From an uncultured Gemmatimonadaceae bacterium (GTDB taxonomy: Bacteria > Gemmatimonadota > Gemmatimonadetes > Gemmatimonadales > Gemmatimonadaceae): 64,000 nt of DNA. The stretch covers positions 1,756 to 65,755 of the forward strand of contig CAYQAO010000001.1 of the NCBI GenBank assembly GCA_964415485.1. The letters run 5' to 3'. This document shows positions 48,157 to 58,457 of this stretch, one piece after another (the first letter of the stretch is position 1; every line of letters begins with the position of its first letter). A program made the translations under genes and the position numbers. A model generated the notes under the pieces. That model had not been told where the DNA came from and did not search any database. It worked only from the letters and a program-made list of their open reading frames with translations.

Positions 48157-50042
48157 CCGGCGAGCGCCTCGCTCTCGTGAAGCGCCCGCACGCGCTCTGC
48201 GATGCCGGCGGCGTCCAGCCCGCACATGGCAAGCTGCCGCGCACGCGACGCCTGCTCGATGTAGCGATCGGGCACCCCGTGCGCTATCACGCGAATACCT
48301 GGATCCCGCTTCTCCACGAGCGCCGCCATGTATGCGCCGAATCCGTTCACCACCGTTCCCTCTTCCACGACCAGGAACTGGCGATGGTCGGTCAGCAGCG
48401 CCGAGAGCGTGAGCTCGTCGTGAGGCTTGAGGTAGCGGCAGTTCACGACCGTCACGTTCAACCCTTCCGCAGCCAGGCTGTCCGCCGCCGCCAGGGACGT
48501 ATTGACCATCGTGCCGACGGCAAGGATGGCCACGTCGCTGCCGCGCCTCACGACATCCCAGGTGGCGTAGGGAACCGCTTCCACGGACGACATGTCCGCC
48601 GGCACGTCAGGCGACGCATCGCGCGGGTAGCGGAAGCACATGGGGCCGTCGTGGTCCAGGGACGCACGCAGGAGACCGAGCATCTCGGTCCCGTCGCGCG
48701 GCGCCGCGACGGTCATCCCCGGAACCGCAAGCATGTACGCAATGTCGTACAGGCCCATGTGAGTCGGGCCGTCCTCGCCTACGAGTCCTGCACGGTCCAT
48801 CGCGAACACCACCGGCAGGTTCTGGATGCAGACGTCATGGATGACGTTGTCGTAGGCGCGCTGCAGGAAGGTGGAGTAGATGGCGCAGACGGGCCGCACG
48901 CCGCGCGTGGCGAGTCCTGCGGCAAAGGTCACCGCATGCCCCTCGGCTATTCCGACATCGAAGAACCGATCGGGGAATGCACGGCCGAAGTCTCCGGTTC
49001 CGGTGCCGCTCGGCATCGCTGCGGTAATGACCACGAAGTCGTCGCGTTCCTCGCCCAGCCGCACGAGGCCGGTGCCAAAGACCTTCGTGTACGCCGGATT
49101 GGCCTTCGACGCGACCAGCTGCTTTCCGGTGGCCGGATCGTGCCCCGGCGGAAGCGCATGCCACTTCTCGCCGTGCTCACCCGCCGGGAAGCCCATCCCC
49201 TTCTTGGTGAGCACATGCACGAACCGCGGACCGTCCATCTCGCGCACCGCGGAGAACACCTCGATCATCGCATCTATGTCATGCCCGTCAATCGGGCCGA
49301 AGTAGCGGAAGCCCAGCTCCTCGAAAAGCACGCCCGGCGTGAGGAACGACTTCATGCTCTCCTCCATCCGCCTCACGAGCGTGCTCACGTTCGCGAACGG
49401 GCCGGGAGCGTTGTCCACGATGTCACCGATCCGCGCGCGGATACGGTTGTACAGCGGGTTCTTCTGCACCGACACGAGATACTTGTGCATGGCGCCCACG
49501 TTGGGCGCGATGGACATCTCGTTGTCGTTCAGCACCACCACGAAGTCGCGGTCGGAGTGGCCGGCGTTGTTCAGCCCCTCGTACGAGAGGCCGTTGCCAA
49601 GCGCTCCGTCGCCAAGGATGGCGACGACCTTGAAGTCCTCGCCCTTCAGGTCGCGTCCGACGGCCATTCCATAGGCCGCCGAGATCGCGGTGCCCGCGTG
49701 GCCGGCGCCGAACGTGTCGTACTCGCTCTCATCGCGCTTCAGGAACCCCGAAATGCCACCCTCCTGACGGAGCGTCCCGAACCTGCCCGCGCGTCCGCTC
49801 AGAAGCTTGTGCGGGTAGCCCTGGTGGCCCACGTCCCACACCAGCTGGTCCCTGGGAGTGTCGAACACGCGGTGCAGCGCGATGGAAAGCTCCACGACGC
49901 CCAGTCCCGCGCCGATGTGTCCTCCGGTGCGTGAGCAGCTCTCGATGAGGAACGTGCGCATCTCTTCCGCGAGCGCGTGCAGTTCCTCACGCGTCAGCGA
50001 CTTGAGGTCGGAAGAGCCGGAGATGGAATCAAGCAGAGACAT
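48153..50042 (-). CDS. dxs: 1-deoxy-D-xylulose-5-phosphate synthase
   Basis: ORF trimmed to ATG 50042 (MSLLDSISGSSDLKSL...). Motifs GHIGAGLGVVEL, TPP motif ILGDGALGNG...LNDN, transketolase-like C-terminal domains. Confidence 0.9.
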   Translation of the reverse strand: MSLLDSISGSSDLKSLTREELHALAEEMRTFLIESCSRTGGHIGAGLGVVELSIALHRVFDTPRDQLVWDVGHQGYPHKLLSGRAGRFGTLRQEGGISGFLKRDESEYDTFGAGHAGTAISAAYGMAVGRDLKGEDFKVVAILGDGALGNGLSYEGLNNAGHSDRDFVVVLNDNEMSIAPNVGAMHKYLVSVQKNPLYNRIRARIGDIVDNAPGPFANVSTLVRRMEESMKSFLTPGVLFEELGFRYFGPIDGHDIDAMIEVFSAVREMDGPRFVHVLTKKGMGFPAGEHGEKWHALPPGHDPATGKQLVASKANPAYTKVFGTGLVRLGEERDDFVVITAAMPSGTGTGDFGRAFPDRFFDVGIAEGHAVTFAAGLATRGVRPVCAIYSTFLQRAYDNVIHDVCIQNLPVVFAMDRAGLVGEDGPTHMGLYDIAYMLAVPGMTVAAPRDGTEMLGLLRASLDHDGPMCFRYPRDASPDVPADMSSVEAVPYATWDVVRRGSDVAILAVGTMVNTSLAAADSLAAEGLNVTVVNCRYLKPHDELTLSALLTDHRQFLVVEEGTVVNGFGAYMAALVEKRDPGIRVIAHGVPDRYIEQASRARQLAMCGLDAAGIAERVRALHESEALAG

Positions 50043-50110
50043 GGTGACAGATCGAAGCAACGGATGAGGCTCAGGCGCGGCGTACTTCGCCGGCCCGGCC
50101 CTGAGTCCCG

Positions 50111-51007
50111 TCAGGACTGACGGGTGATCACAAAACGAGCGAGATGCTCCAACTGCGCGGTCAACAAACCCTTACGTGCCAGGGCATCACAGGATTCTTC
50201 AACCAGCTCGGCCGCGCGCGCGCGGGCACCCTCCACTCCCAGCAGGGCGGGATAGGTGCTCTTGTGCAGCAGGGCATCGCGTCCGGCCGTCTTTCCAAGC
50301 TGGTCGCTTGTGGCGGTAACGTCCAGCACGTCGTCGGCGATCTGGAAGGCAAGCCCTACGCCGCGACCGTAGCCGTCGAAGGCCTCGAGAAGGTCGCCAT
50401 CCACGCCCGCAGCCAGCGCCCCCAGGCGTACCGACGCTACGATCAGCGCGCCCGTCTTCATCCTGTGTACCCTCTCGAGCTCCGCGAGGTCGAGTGAGTG
50501 CCCCTCCGCCTCGAGGTCCAGCAGCTGACCGCCTATCATCCCCCGGGCACCCGAGGCACCCATGAGCTCGCGCACCACGACGGCGGCCTGCCGGTCCGAA
50601 AGCCCCAGTTCCCTCGCCGCGAGCCACGCGCACGTGGCCGCGAGCGGGACCATTGCCACTCCCGCCACCGTAGCCACCCTGACGCCGAAGACCTTGTGGA
50701 GCGTAGGACGGCCCCGCCTGAGGTCGTCATCGTCCATGCACGGCAGGTCGTCGTGCGCGAGCGAGTAGGCGTGCACGACCTCCACGGCCGCTGCGAGCCC
50801 CGAGGCGTCCCCGCGGCCGCCGGCGGCTTCGTACGCGCAGAGCATGAGCACCGGGCGGAGGCGCTTCCCCTCGCCCATCAGGCAGTAGCGAATGGCCTCC
50901 GCAACCTCCGAAGGGAGCCCCGCCAGCTCACGATCGCACAAGGCCGCCAGAGCCCGGTCGGTGGACGCCCGCTCGGTCGCGAACGAGACCTGGCCAACCG
51001 CCGTCAT
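50111..51007 (-). CDS. ispA: polyprenyl (farnesyl/geranylgeranyl) diphosphate synthase
   Basis: First Asp-rich motif LAHDDLPCMDDDDLRRG and second motif QIADDVLD. Confidence 0.85.
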   Translation of the reverse strand: MTAVGQVSFATERASTDRALAALCDRELAGLPSEVAEAIRYCLMGEGKRLRPVLMLCAYEAAGGRGDASGLAAAVEVVHAYSLAHDDLPCMDDDDLRRGRPTLHKVFGVRVATVAGVAMVPLAATCAWLAARELGLSDRQAAVVVRELMGASGARGMIGGQLLDLEAEGHSLDLAELERVHRMKTGALIVASVRLGALAAGVDGDLLEAFDGYGRGVGLAFQIADDVLDVTATSDQLGKTAGRDALLHKSTYPALLGVEGARARAAELVEESCDALARKGLLTAQLEHLARFVITRQS

Positions 51008-51234
51008 CAGAGCGAATCCAGCGAAAGGGTGCCGTCGTCCAGCTCGGTGAGGCGCTTCACGTCCTCCTCGGCGCGCTGCAGAACGCTGCCCGCCTCACGA
51101 AGGTGCGAGATCCCCTCCTCGAACAGCTGGAGTGCCTCGTCGAGAGGCACGTCCTCGCGCTCGAGCCGGCCGACGATCTCCTCCAGTCGTGCCAGGTGCG
51201 ACTCGAATGTCGGCCTGGGCTGGGCATCTGTCAT
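51007..51234 (-). CDS. xseB: exodeoxyribonuclease VII small subunit
   Basis: 75 aa helical protein with FESHLARLEEIVGRLEREDVPLDEALQLFEEG. Lies between xseA and ispA. Confidence 0.85.
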   Translation of the reverse strand: MTDAQPRPTFESHLARLEEIVGRLEREDVPLDEALQLFEEGISHLREAGSVLQRAEEDVKRLTELDDGTLSLDSL

Positions 51235-52727
51235 CGAAGGGGACCTCCACTGTCATCGCGTGGCCTCGCCTCGACTGCCGTAGCTGCCACGACACCGTCG
51301 CGCACCAGCAGGTTGAAGGGTGCGCCCGGCTTGAAGTCTACGATGGCGGACAGCGTTCGCCCATGCTCATCGCGCGCCAGGGAGTAGCCTCGCGAGAGCG
51401 TGGCAAGCGGACTGAGTGCGTGGAGACGGGCAGCAGCCGACTCCACTTTCGAGCGCCGGCGCTCGGTGAGCCGCGCCATGGCGTCGCCCATGCGCCGAGC
51501 CGCGCGCAGGCGGCGCTCGGACGCGGCGCTCACGCGCCAGCTGGCGGAGTCCGCGAGCCGCTGGTGCCATCTTGCGAGTTCGGCGCGCACCACGGACATG
51601 TCGGGTACTGCGGCCTCGGCGGCCGCACTCGGGGTCGGTGCCCGCAGGTCGGCGACGAGGTCACAAAGCGTGACGTCCACTTCGTGGCCCACAGCGGAGA
51701 TGATGGGCATCGGCATGGCGGCAACAGCGCGCGCAACGCGCTCGTCGTTGAACGCCCACAGGTCTTCCCTCCCGCCGCCGCCTCTGCCCACTATTGCCAG
51801 GTCGGCGTCTCCCCAGCGAGCGAGCCGCTCGAGGGCGGCGCAGATTTCCTCGGGCGCGCCGTCGCCCTGCACCCGGGTGGGAACGACGACGATCTCCACG
51901 TGAGGTGCTCGGCGCCTGGCGACCGCCACGATGTCGTGCAGGGCGGCGCCATCCGGACTGGTGACGACGGCGATTCGCGAGGGATGTCGCGGCAGGGCGC
52001 GCTTGCGCTCGGGCGCCAGGAGCCCCTCGCTCGTGAGGCGGGCAATGGCCAGGTCGAGGGCCTTGCGCCACAGCCCGTCGCCCTGGGCCTCCATGGCCTT
52101 GATGACGAGCTGCAGGTCGCCTCGTCCGGGCCACACGGTGACCTGGCCGAACGCGGCGAGCTGCATGCCGTCGTCAGGGGGAGCAGGGATGCGGCGCTGG
52201 TCGCGTGCCCATACTACGCACCGGACCTGCGCGTCCTCGTCACGAAGGCAGAAATACCAGTGTCCGTTGCGGTGCGCCTTGAAGTCCGTCACTTCGCCGC
52301 GCACCCACAGCGGGAGGAATGCGCCCTCCAGTACGTCCTTGACGGTCTGCGTGAGCGATGCAACGCTCACCGCGCTCGAGGCGCTGCTGCCTGGCGTTTC
52401 GTCCCCTGCCAGCCAGGACGGCATGGGCGGCGCGGAACGATCCGGTGTGGGAACCAATTCCTCCGAGAGCTGCGACGGCTGCAATGTGGCGTCCCGAACG
52501 CGGCCTCGTGCGGTGCGCGAGGCGGGTGTGGAGGCGCGTCGTGAGGCGCCATCCTGCTTCGTGGAGCCGTCGCCGCTGCGAGAGGCGGAAGCATCCCGCT
52601 TCGAACCACCTGACGACCCCGCCGTGTCGCGACCCGAAGCCGCCGACGAGCCGAAGTCCGGCGACTCGAAGAGCGAGAGCGTCTGGTCCTCGGCGCCCTT
52701 GCGTGCGGGTCGTCCGGAGCGGCTCAC
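51231..52727 (-). CDS. xseA: exodeoxyribonuclease VII large subunit with N-terminal low-complexity extension
   Basis: The OB-fold region [42 protein letters not shown] starts near residue 120. GTG 52727 overlaps the folD stop (GTGA). Internal ATG 52424 is an alternative start. Confidence 0.85.
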   Translation of the reverse strand: MSRSGRPARKGAEDQTLSLFESPDFGSSAASGRDTAGSSGGSKRDASASRSGDGSTKQDGASRRASTPASRTARGRVRDATLQPSQLSEELVPTPDRSAPPMPSWLAGDETPGSSASSAVSVASLTQTVKDVLEGAFLPLWVRGEVTDFKAHRNGHWYFCLRDEDAQVRCVVWARDQRRIPAPPDDGMQLAAFGQVTVWPGRGDLQLVIKAMEAQGDGLWRKALDLAIARLTSEGLLAPERKRALPRHPSRIAVVTSPDGAALHDIVAVARRRAPHVEIVVVPTRVQGDGAPEEICAALERLARWGDADLAIVGRGGGGREDLWAFNDERVARAVAAMPMPIISAVGHEVDVTLCDLVADLRAPTPSAAAEAAVPDMSVVRAELARWHQRLADSASWRVSAASERRLRAARRMGDAMARLTERRRSKVESAAARLHALSPLATLSRGYSLARDEHGRTLSAIVDFKPGAPFNLLVRDGVVAATAVEARPRDDSGGPLR

Positions 52728-53632
52728 GCCCCGAGGCTCCGCTCCGCTGCACGAAGGCTGCGCTCGGCGGCACGCACGGTATTGCGGAGCAGCAGCGCAA
52801 TGGTCATGGGGCCGACACCGCCAGGCACCGGAGTGATCCTGGACGCCACTTCGGCGGCCGAGTCGAAATGCACGTCTCCCACCACCCTGTAGCCGCGCGG
52901 ATCGGAGGCGTCTTCCACCCGGTTGATTCCCACGTCAATCACCACGACGCCCGGCTTGAGCATGTCGCCGGTGATCATCTCCGCGCGGCCGATCGCCGCG
53001 ACCACGATGTCCGCGCGGCGGAGGTGGGCCGCCAGGTCCTTCGTGCGGCTGTGACAGACGGTGACGGTGGCGTTGGCGCCGTCGGCCTGCTGCATCATTA
53101 TCGCCGCCATGGGCTTGCCGACGATGTTGCTGCGCCCCACGATCACGCACTCCGCGCCCGATGTCTGCACGCCCGACCTCACGAGAAGCTCCTGGACGCC
53201 GGCCGGAGTGCACGGCGCGAAACCGTCTCGCGCACCTATCAGCAGCTTGCCCACGTTCACGGGATGAAAGCCGTCCACGTCCTTCGCGGGATCTATGCGG
53301 TAGACTACGGCTTCCTCGTTCATGTGCTTCGGGAGCGGGCTCTGAACCAGGATTCCGTGAACCGTGGGGTCCGCATTGAGCTGGTCCACCAGATCCATCA
53401 GCTCGGCCTGCGGCGTGTCGGCCGGCAGTCGGATGGTTCGACCGTTCATGCCCGCCTCGATGCACGCGCGCTCCTTGGAACGAACGTAGATCTGGCTTGC
53501 AGGATCGTCACCTACGAGAACGACCGTGAGTCCGGGCGTGACGCCCCTCTCCACGAGCCCGCGAACATCGCGAGCCACTTCCTCGCGGATGCTCTTCGCG
53601 ATTGCCTTTCCGTCAATCAGCTCAGCGCGCAA
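52724..53632 (-). CDS. folD: bifunctional methylenetetrahydrofolate dehydrogenase/cyclohydrolase
   Basis: Motifs [46 protein letters not shown]. Confidence 0.9.
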   Translation of the reverse strand: MRAELIDGKAIAKSIREEVARDVRGLVERGVTPGLTVVLVGDDPASQIYVRSKERACIEAGMNGRTIRLPADTPQAELMDLVDQLNADPTVHGILVQSPLPKHMNEEAVVYRIDPAKDVDGFHPVNVGKLLIGARDGFAPCTPAGVQELLVRSGVQTSGAECVIVGRSNIVGKPMAAIMMQQADGANATVTVCHSRTKDLAAHLRRADIVVAAIGRAEMITGDMLKPGVVVIDVGINRVEDASDPRGYRVVGDVHFDSAAEVASRITPVPGGVGPMTIALLLRNTVRAAERSLRAAERSLGA

Positions 53633-55208
53633 AGTCCACAGCCCTCGTTTCGCGTATCACCACGACCTTGATCTGCCCGGGATACTGAAGTTCGTTCTCG
53701 ATGCGACGGGCGATCTCCTCGCTGAGTGCCGCCATGCGGAGGTCGTCCACGGAATCCGGAGTCACCACCACGCGAATCTCGCGACCGGCCTGGATGGCGT
53801 AAACCTTCTCCACGCCCTTGTAGCTGGACGCAATCCGCTCGAGACCCTCCAGGCGCTTCACGTACGTCTCGAACGCCTCGCGCCGCGCGCCGGGTCGCGA
53901 TCCGGAGATCGCGTCCGCAGCCTGCACCAGCACCGACACCTCGCTCTCGTGAGGCACGTCGTCGTGGTGCGCCGCAATGCAGTTCACCACCAGGGGTCCC
54001 TCGCCATACCGCGTGGCAACCTCCACGCCCAGCTGCACGTGCGTTCCCTCGTGCTCGTGCGTGAGCACCTTGCCGATATCGTGCAGCAGCGCGCCGCGCT
54101 TCGCCAGCGCCACATCCAGCCCGAGCTCGGCCGCCATGGTCCCTGCAAGGTACGCAACCTCGCGCGAGTGCTGCAGGATGTTCTGTCCGTAGCTGGAGCG
54201 GTACCGCATGCGGCCCACCAGCTTCACGAGTTCCGGATGCAGCCCGTGGACACCCAGCTCGTACGCAGCTTCCTCACCGGTCTCGATGATGGATTGCTCA
54301 ACTTCCTTGCGCGACTTGCTGACGACCTCTTCGATTCGGCCGGGGTGAATGCGCCCGTCCGCAACGAGCTTCTCGAGCGCCAGGCGAGCCACCTCGCGTC
54401 GCACCGGATCGAAGCACGACACCACCACGGTGTCGGGGGTGTCGTCAATGATCACGTCCACCCCCGTCGCGAGCTCGAACGCGCGAATGTTGCGACCCTC
54501 GCGCCCGATGATGCGCCCCTTCATCTCGTCACTCGGGAGCGCCACGGACGAGACCGTAAGCTCGGCAGTCTGCTCCGCTGCGATTCGCTGGACGGCGATC
54601 GCGACCACCCGCCGAGCCTCCCGCTCCGCGTTGCGGCGCGCCGTCTCGCGGATGTCACGCACCCGGTTGGCCGCCTCCGCGTGAGCCTCCTCCTCGATTC
54701 GCTGCAGGAGCACAGACCTGGCCTCCTCGGCGGTCATGCCGGCCAGGCGCTCCAGCCGCTGGCGCTCCTCGGCCACGAGCCGGTCTATCTCCGCAGATCG
54801 CGCATCCAGCGACTCGGCGCGCTTCGCGAGCTCCGACATGCGGCGCTGGAGGTCGCGATCCCGTTGCTCCATGGCTTCCGCGCGACGGTCGAGAGTGGTC
54901 TCGCGCTCGGCCACGCGTCGCTCTTCCCGTTCGATCTCCGTGCGCCGGGTGCGGGCTTCGCCCTCCCACTCCTCACGAAGCTTGAGCAGCTCCTCCCGAC
55001 CGGAGAGGACCGTCGTCTTGAGCAGAGACTCCGCTTCCCGCTCGGCCTCGGCCACGATGCGACGCGCGGTTTCGTCCGCAGTAGCCTTGGCGGCACGCTG
55101 CCGCTCCAGCTCCTGCGCTGCGCCTGCTCGCTTTCCGAGAACGAAGAACGCCGCGGCGGCCATCAGTAACGCGATGCCAAACGCGGCGACAACTGCCAGA
55201 GGGGGCAT
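53622..55208 (-). CDS. rny: ribonuclease Y
   Basis: ORF trimmed to ATG 55208. N-terminal TM helix, long coiled coil, KH domain ([13 protein letters not shown]), HD domain (LLHDIGK). Confidence 0.9.
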   Translation of the reverse strand: MPPLAVVAAFGIALLMAAAAFFVLGKRAGAAQELERQRAAKATADETARRIVAEAEREAESLLKTTVLSGREELLKLREEWEGEARTRRTEIEREERRVAERETTLDRRAEAMEQRDRDLQRRMSELAKRAESLDARSAEIDRLVAEERQRLERLAGMTAEEARSVLLQRIEEEAHAEAANRVRDIRETARRNAEREARRVVAIAVQRIAAEQTAELTVSSVALPSDEMKGRIIGREGRNIRAFELATGVDVIIDDTPDTVVVSCFDPVRREVARLALEKLVADGRIHPGRIEEVVSKSRKEVEQSIIETGEEAAYELGVHGLHPELVKLVGRMRYRSSYGQNILQHSREVAYLAGTMAAELGLDVALAKRGALLHDIGKVLTHEHEGTHVQLGVEVATRYGEGPLVVNCIAAHHDDVPHESEVSVLVQAADAISGSRPGARREAFETYVKRLEGLERIASSYKGVEKVYAIQAGREIRVVVTPDSVDDLRMAALSEEIARRIENELQYPGQIKVVVIRETRAVDFAR

Positions 55209-55356
55209 ATATCTGCTCCGGCGCGCTGGCGCGCCGTGGACTGTATGAAGACAGGACCCTCGCGGCGACGAGGCGGCGCACACCGGGCCGGGTGCGCCTG
55301 CTCGACGCTAACTTCCAGCCCGTATTACACCTACGTCTCCGGGGCACACTGGCGAA

Positions 55357-55385
55357 AAGCTACCGCCGAAACTGGACATTGGCAA
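55357..55385 (-). promoter_or_regulatory. sigma70-like promoter candidate for rny
   Basis: Minus strand reads TTGCCA-17 nt-TAGCTT just after the zapA stop. Implies a structured leader of about 140 nt. Confidence 0.4.
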
Positions 55386-55397
55386 CGGTCGGGAGGT

Positions 55398-55721
55398 TCA
55401 GTCCGCCTGCTTCCCGCCGCGCTTGGCCGGCGGCAGCCAGCGTTTCACCTCTGCGCCGAGTTCGCGGAGCTCGTCCGCGAGCTCCGCTGAGCTCTGGTTC
55501 GACCGGAAGAGCTCATCGGTGATCTGCAGGGCTGCCAGGATCGCCGCCTTGTGCGTTTCCACCACCACCCCGGCGTTCATGACCTTGCGAATCGCGGCGT
55601 CCACATAGGCTGCCACCGCCCGGGTGTGTTCGGGCGGAGCGTCCGAACGGATGGTGTACTCCTCGCCCACGATGCTCACCTTCACCGAGGACTTGCCTGC
55701 CGAAGACTTGCGATCCGTCAC
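55398..55721 (-). CDS. zapA: cell division protein ZapA
   Basis: 107 aa with VKVSIVGEEYTIRSDAPPEHTRAVAAYVDAAIRKV, the typical ZapA core. Confidence 0.8.
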   Translation of the reverse strand: MTDRKSSAGKSSVKVSIVGEEYTIRSDAPPEHTRAVAAYVDAAIRKVMNAGVVVETHKAAILAALQITDELFRSNQSSAELADELRELGAEVKRWLPPAKRGGKQAD

Positions 55722-56080
55722 TGGGTCTCCTGTTCCCGCAGGAAGCGCAGCCGCCCGAGAAGCACCTTCACCCGCTTCCTGACCAGGGCAAGCCGCTTTC
55801 GCAGCTGCTCGTTCTCCTTCATCAGCGCCGCCTCACGCTCGGACACCTGCTCCGGCGAGAGCGGGGCCGAAGCCTTCACTTCGGCCCTGGCCGCACGCTC
55901 CTCCGCTCGCTTGAGCTCCCGCTCCAGTTCGCGAGCCTGGGCTTCCGCCGTCTGCGCTCGACGCCGGAAGCCCGCCAGCTCCTCACCGAGGAGCAGGACC
56001 GTCCTCCGAAGCTCCGAGAAGGCACGGGTGGCCTCCTCGGGCGCATTCGACTTCACCGTATCAGGAACGTGCGTGGACAT
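55718..56080 (-). CDS. hypothetical coiled-coil protein
   Basis: 120 aa, heptad-rich and Glu/Arg/Ala/Leu-rich. Its stop overlaps the zapA start by 4 nt and its start overlaps the pheT end by 20 nt. Confidence 0.55.
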   Translation of the reverse strand: MSTHVPDTVKSNAPEEATRAFSELRRTVLLLGEELAGFRRRAQTAEAQARELERELKRAEERAARAEVKASAPLSPEQVSEREAALMKENEQLRKRLALVRKRVKVLLGRLRFLREQETQ

Positions 56081-58457
56081 CGAGCTCCTGTGCCAGACTC
56101 TTCAATAGTCGTGACCTCCGTCCTTCGATCTCCTTGTCCCGAAGCGTGCGCTCCGGGTGGCGAAGCACCAACCGCCATGCGAGGCTGCGCTTGCCGACCG
56201 GCACTCCACCGCCGCGAAACTCGTCGAACAGTACAAGCGACTCCAGCAGCTCGCCCAGCGAAGCATGCATCACCGCCTCAACATCGCCAGCCGGAACGGA
56301 CTCCGGTACGAGCAGTGCCAGATCGAACTCTGCCGCCGGGAACTCGGGAAGCGGAGCGAACTTCACGCTCTTCGGCCCGGCGCCCGCGAGCAGGGTGCCG
56401 GTGTCTTCGGCAACGGCAAGCTCCACCCCGAAGGCAGCGGAGGCCCACACGGGCGCATCCAGCTCCATGCGGCGGACTTCACCGCGCTCTACCCCATCCA
56501 CCTCGATCTTCCAGAGCACAGTACCCTCGCCAGGGACCAGGCGGGCGGCAGCCGAAGGATATACCTCCGCGAGCAGCAGTTCTGCCAGCCCCTTCGCATC
56601 CCACTCGTCGTACGAAGGCGGACGCGGCTCGGTGAAGTGCGCCGGGCGTCGCTCGCCGAGCACGACCAGCCCCACACGCACTTCCTCATGCGGCCGCTGG
56701 CCCTTGGCCCCCGGCCTGAATGCCGGCCCGATCTCGAAGAGGCGCACGTTACGCTGCATGCGCGCGAGGTTGTATTCCGCGCGACGCGCCAGCGTATCCA
56801 GAACCGCGGTTCGCAGGAAAGCCTCGTTCTCGGCGAGCGGATTGAGCACGCGCACGGCCGGCGTGCCGGGATCGGGCACGAATGGAAGCGGGCGCGCCTC
56901 CAGCAGTCCCTCTGCAGCGAGAACCCGGCGAATGCGATCCGTGAGCTGCACGAGCGGAGCATCCGGTACCGTACTTGGACGGCTGGGCTCCGGATCGCCC
57001 GGAATCGTGTCGTAGCCGTACAGCCTGGCCACCTCCTCGATCAGGTCCACCTCGTCCACGATGTCGGAGCGCCAGCTTGGCGGCTGGATCGTGAGGCGGT
57101 CTGCCGTGGACTCCACGGTCTCCAGGCCGATTGATGCCAGCAGGTCGCGGCAGGCGTCGGCATTCACGTCCACGCCGAGCAGCTGCCTCACGCGGCGGAC
57201 GCGCAGCGTCACGCGCGGACGCGAAGGCTGCGGCGCGCGAACGTCCAGCGGTTCCGCCGCCAGCTTGCCGCCTGCCAGCTTCTCCAGCAGTGCGACCGCC
57301 TCGGAGAGGGCGAGCGGCGTCACTTCCGGGTCCACACCACGCTCGAACCTCTGCGAGGCGTCGGTGCCGAGGCCGAGTGCGCGACGGGCGCGACGAACCC
57401 GCTTCGGGGAGAAGTTGGCCACCTCGAGCAGGATGTCCGTCGTGTCGTCGGACACCTCCGTGTCGGCGCCGCCCATGATCCCCGCGAAGGCGACGGGCCG
57501 CGATGCGTCGGCAATCACGACCGCATCGTCAGGCACGGCGCGGTCCAGGCCGTCGAGCGTCGTGAGGCGCTCGCCCGGGCGTCCCGTACGCACCACCACG
57601 GTGTCGCCGAGCCTGGCGAGGTCGAACGCGTGCATCGGCTGCCCGAACGCGTGGAGGCAGTAATTGGTGATGTCCACCACGTTGTTGATGGAGCGCACTC
57701 CCACCGCCTCCAGGCGCTGTACCAGCCAGTCGGGAGACGGAGCGACCCTCACGCCACGGACGATGGCAGCCATGTAGCGAGGGCAGCCGTCCTCGTCCTC
57801 GATCCGAAGCGTGAAGCCGTCCTTCGACAACTCACCCCTTCCCTGCACCGACGGCAGGGACTGCCACTCCCCGCCGCCAAGCTCGGCGGGACGTATCATG
57901 GAAACGTTCGTGGCGGCGGCAACCTCGCGGGCCAGGCCGATGTGCGAGAGCAGGTCCGGCCTGTTGGGCAGTACGTCCACCACCAGGCGAACGTCGCCCA
58001 CGGGCATGACGTCGAGCAGCGGGGTGCCGGGAGCAGCGTCCACCTGGAGTTCCAGTATCCCCTCGTGGTCGCTGCCCAGTCCGAGCTCGCGTGCCGAGCA
58101 CAGCATGCCGGCCGACACGGCGCCGCGAATCTTCCGGCGCTCGATCTTCAATCCGTCGGGCATCACGGCGCCCACGGGGGCGAACGGGTAGAGCGCCCCG
58201 GCACGCACGTTAGGCGCACCGCAGACCACGTCCAGCAGCTCGCCGCCGCCGGCATCCACCCGGGTCACCGACAGGTGCTCCGAGTCCGGGTGTCGCGCAG
58301 CCTCCACCACCTTTGCCACCACGATCGGGGCGAGGTCCTGGCGCAGCGAATGAATCTCCTCCACTGTTGCACAGCGCATGGTGAGGAGGTCGGCAAGATC
58401 GGCGGCCGAGCGATCGGTGGGGACGAACGCGCGAAGCCAGTCGTACGAAGCGTTCAT
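56061..58457 (-). CDS. pheT: phenylalanine--tRNA ligase beta subunit
   Basis: 798 aa. N-terminal tRNA-binding OB domain (CGAPNV), B3/4, B5, and C-terminal anticodon-binding-like domain. Confidence 0.9.
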   Translation of the reverse strand: MNASYDWLRAFVPTDRSAADLADLLTMRCATVEEIHSLRQDLAPIVVAKVVEAARHPDSEHLSVTRVDAGGGELLDVVCGAPNVRAGALYPFAPVGAVMPDGLKIERRKIRGAVSAGMLCSARELGLGSDHEGILELQVDAAPGTPLLDVMPVGDVRLVVDVLPNRPDLLSHIGLAREVAAATNVSMIRPAELGGGEWQSLPSVQGRGELSKDGFTLRIEDEDGCPRYMAAIVRGVRVAPSPDWLVQRLEAVGVRSINNVVDITNYCLHAFGQPMHAFDLARLGDTVVVRTGRPGERLTTLDGLDRAVPDDAVVIADASRPVAFAGIMGGADTEVSDDTTDILLEVANFSPKRVRRARRALGLGTDASQRFERGVDPEVTPLALSEAVALLEKLAGGKLAAEPLDVRAPQPSRPRVTLRVRRVRQLLGVDVNADACRDLLASIGLETVESTADRLTIQPPSWRSDIVDEVDLIEEVARLYGYDTIPGDPEPSRPSTVPDAPLVQLTDRIRRVLAAEGLLEARPLPFVPDPGTPAVRVLNPLAENEAFLRTAVLDTLARRAEYNLARMQRNVRLFEIGPAFRPGAKGQRPHEEVRVGLVVLGERRPAHFTEPRPPSYDEWDAKGLAELLLAEVYPSAAARLVPGEGTVLWKIEVDGVERGEVRRMELDAPVWASAAFGVELAVAEDTGTLLAGAGPKSVKFAPLPEFPAAEFDLALLVPESVPAGDVEAVMHASLGELLESLVLFDEFRGGGVPVGKRSLAWRLVLRHPERTLRDKEIEGRRSRLLKSLAQELDVHARS

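Noticed and set aside
55209-55397. 6S RNA (ssrS) downstream of zapA, by analogy with the E. coli zapA-ssrS arrangement
   Set aside because: The predicted transcript from the promoter-like element is only about 140 nt and runs straight into the rny SD and ATG. I could not draw the long closing stem and large central bubble typical of 6S RNA. It is more simply the rny 5' leader. An Rfam 6S covariance-model scan would settle it.
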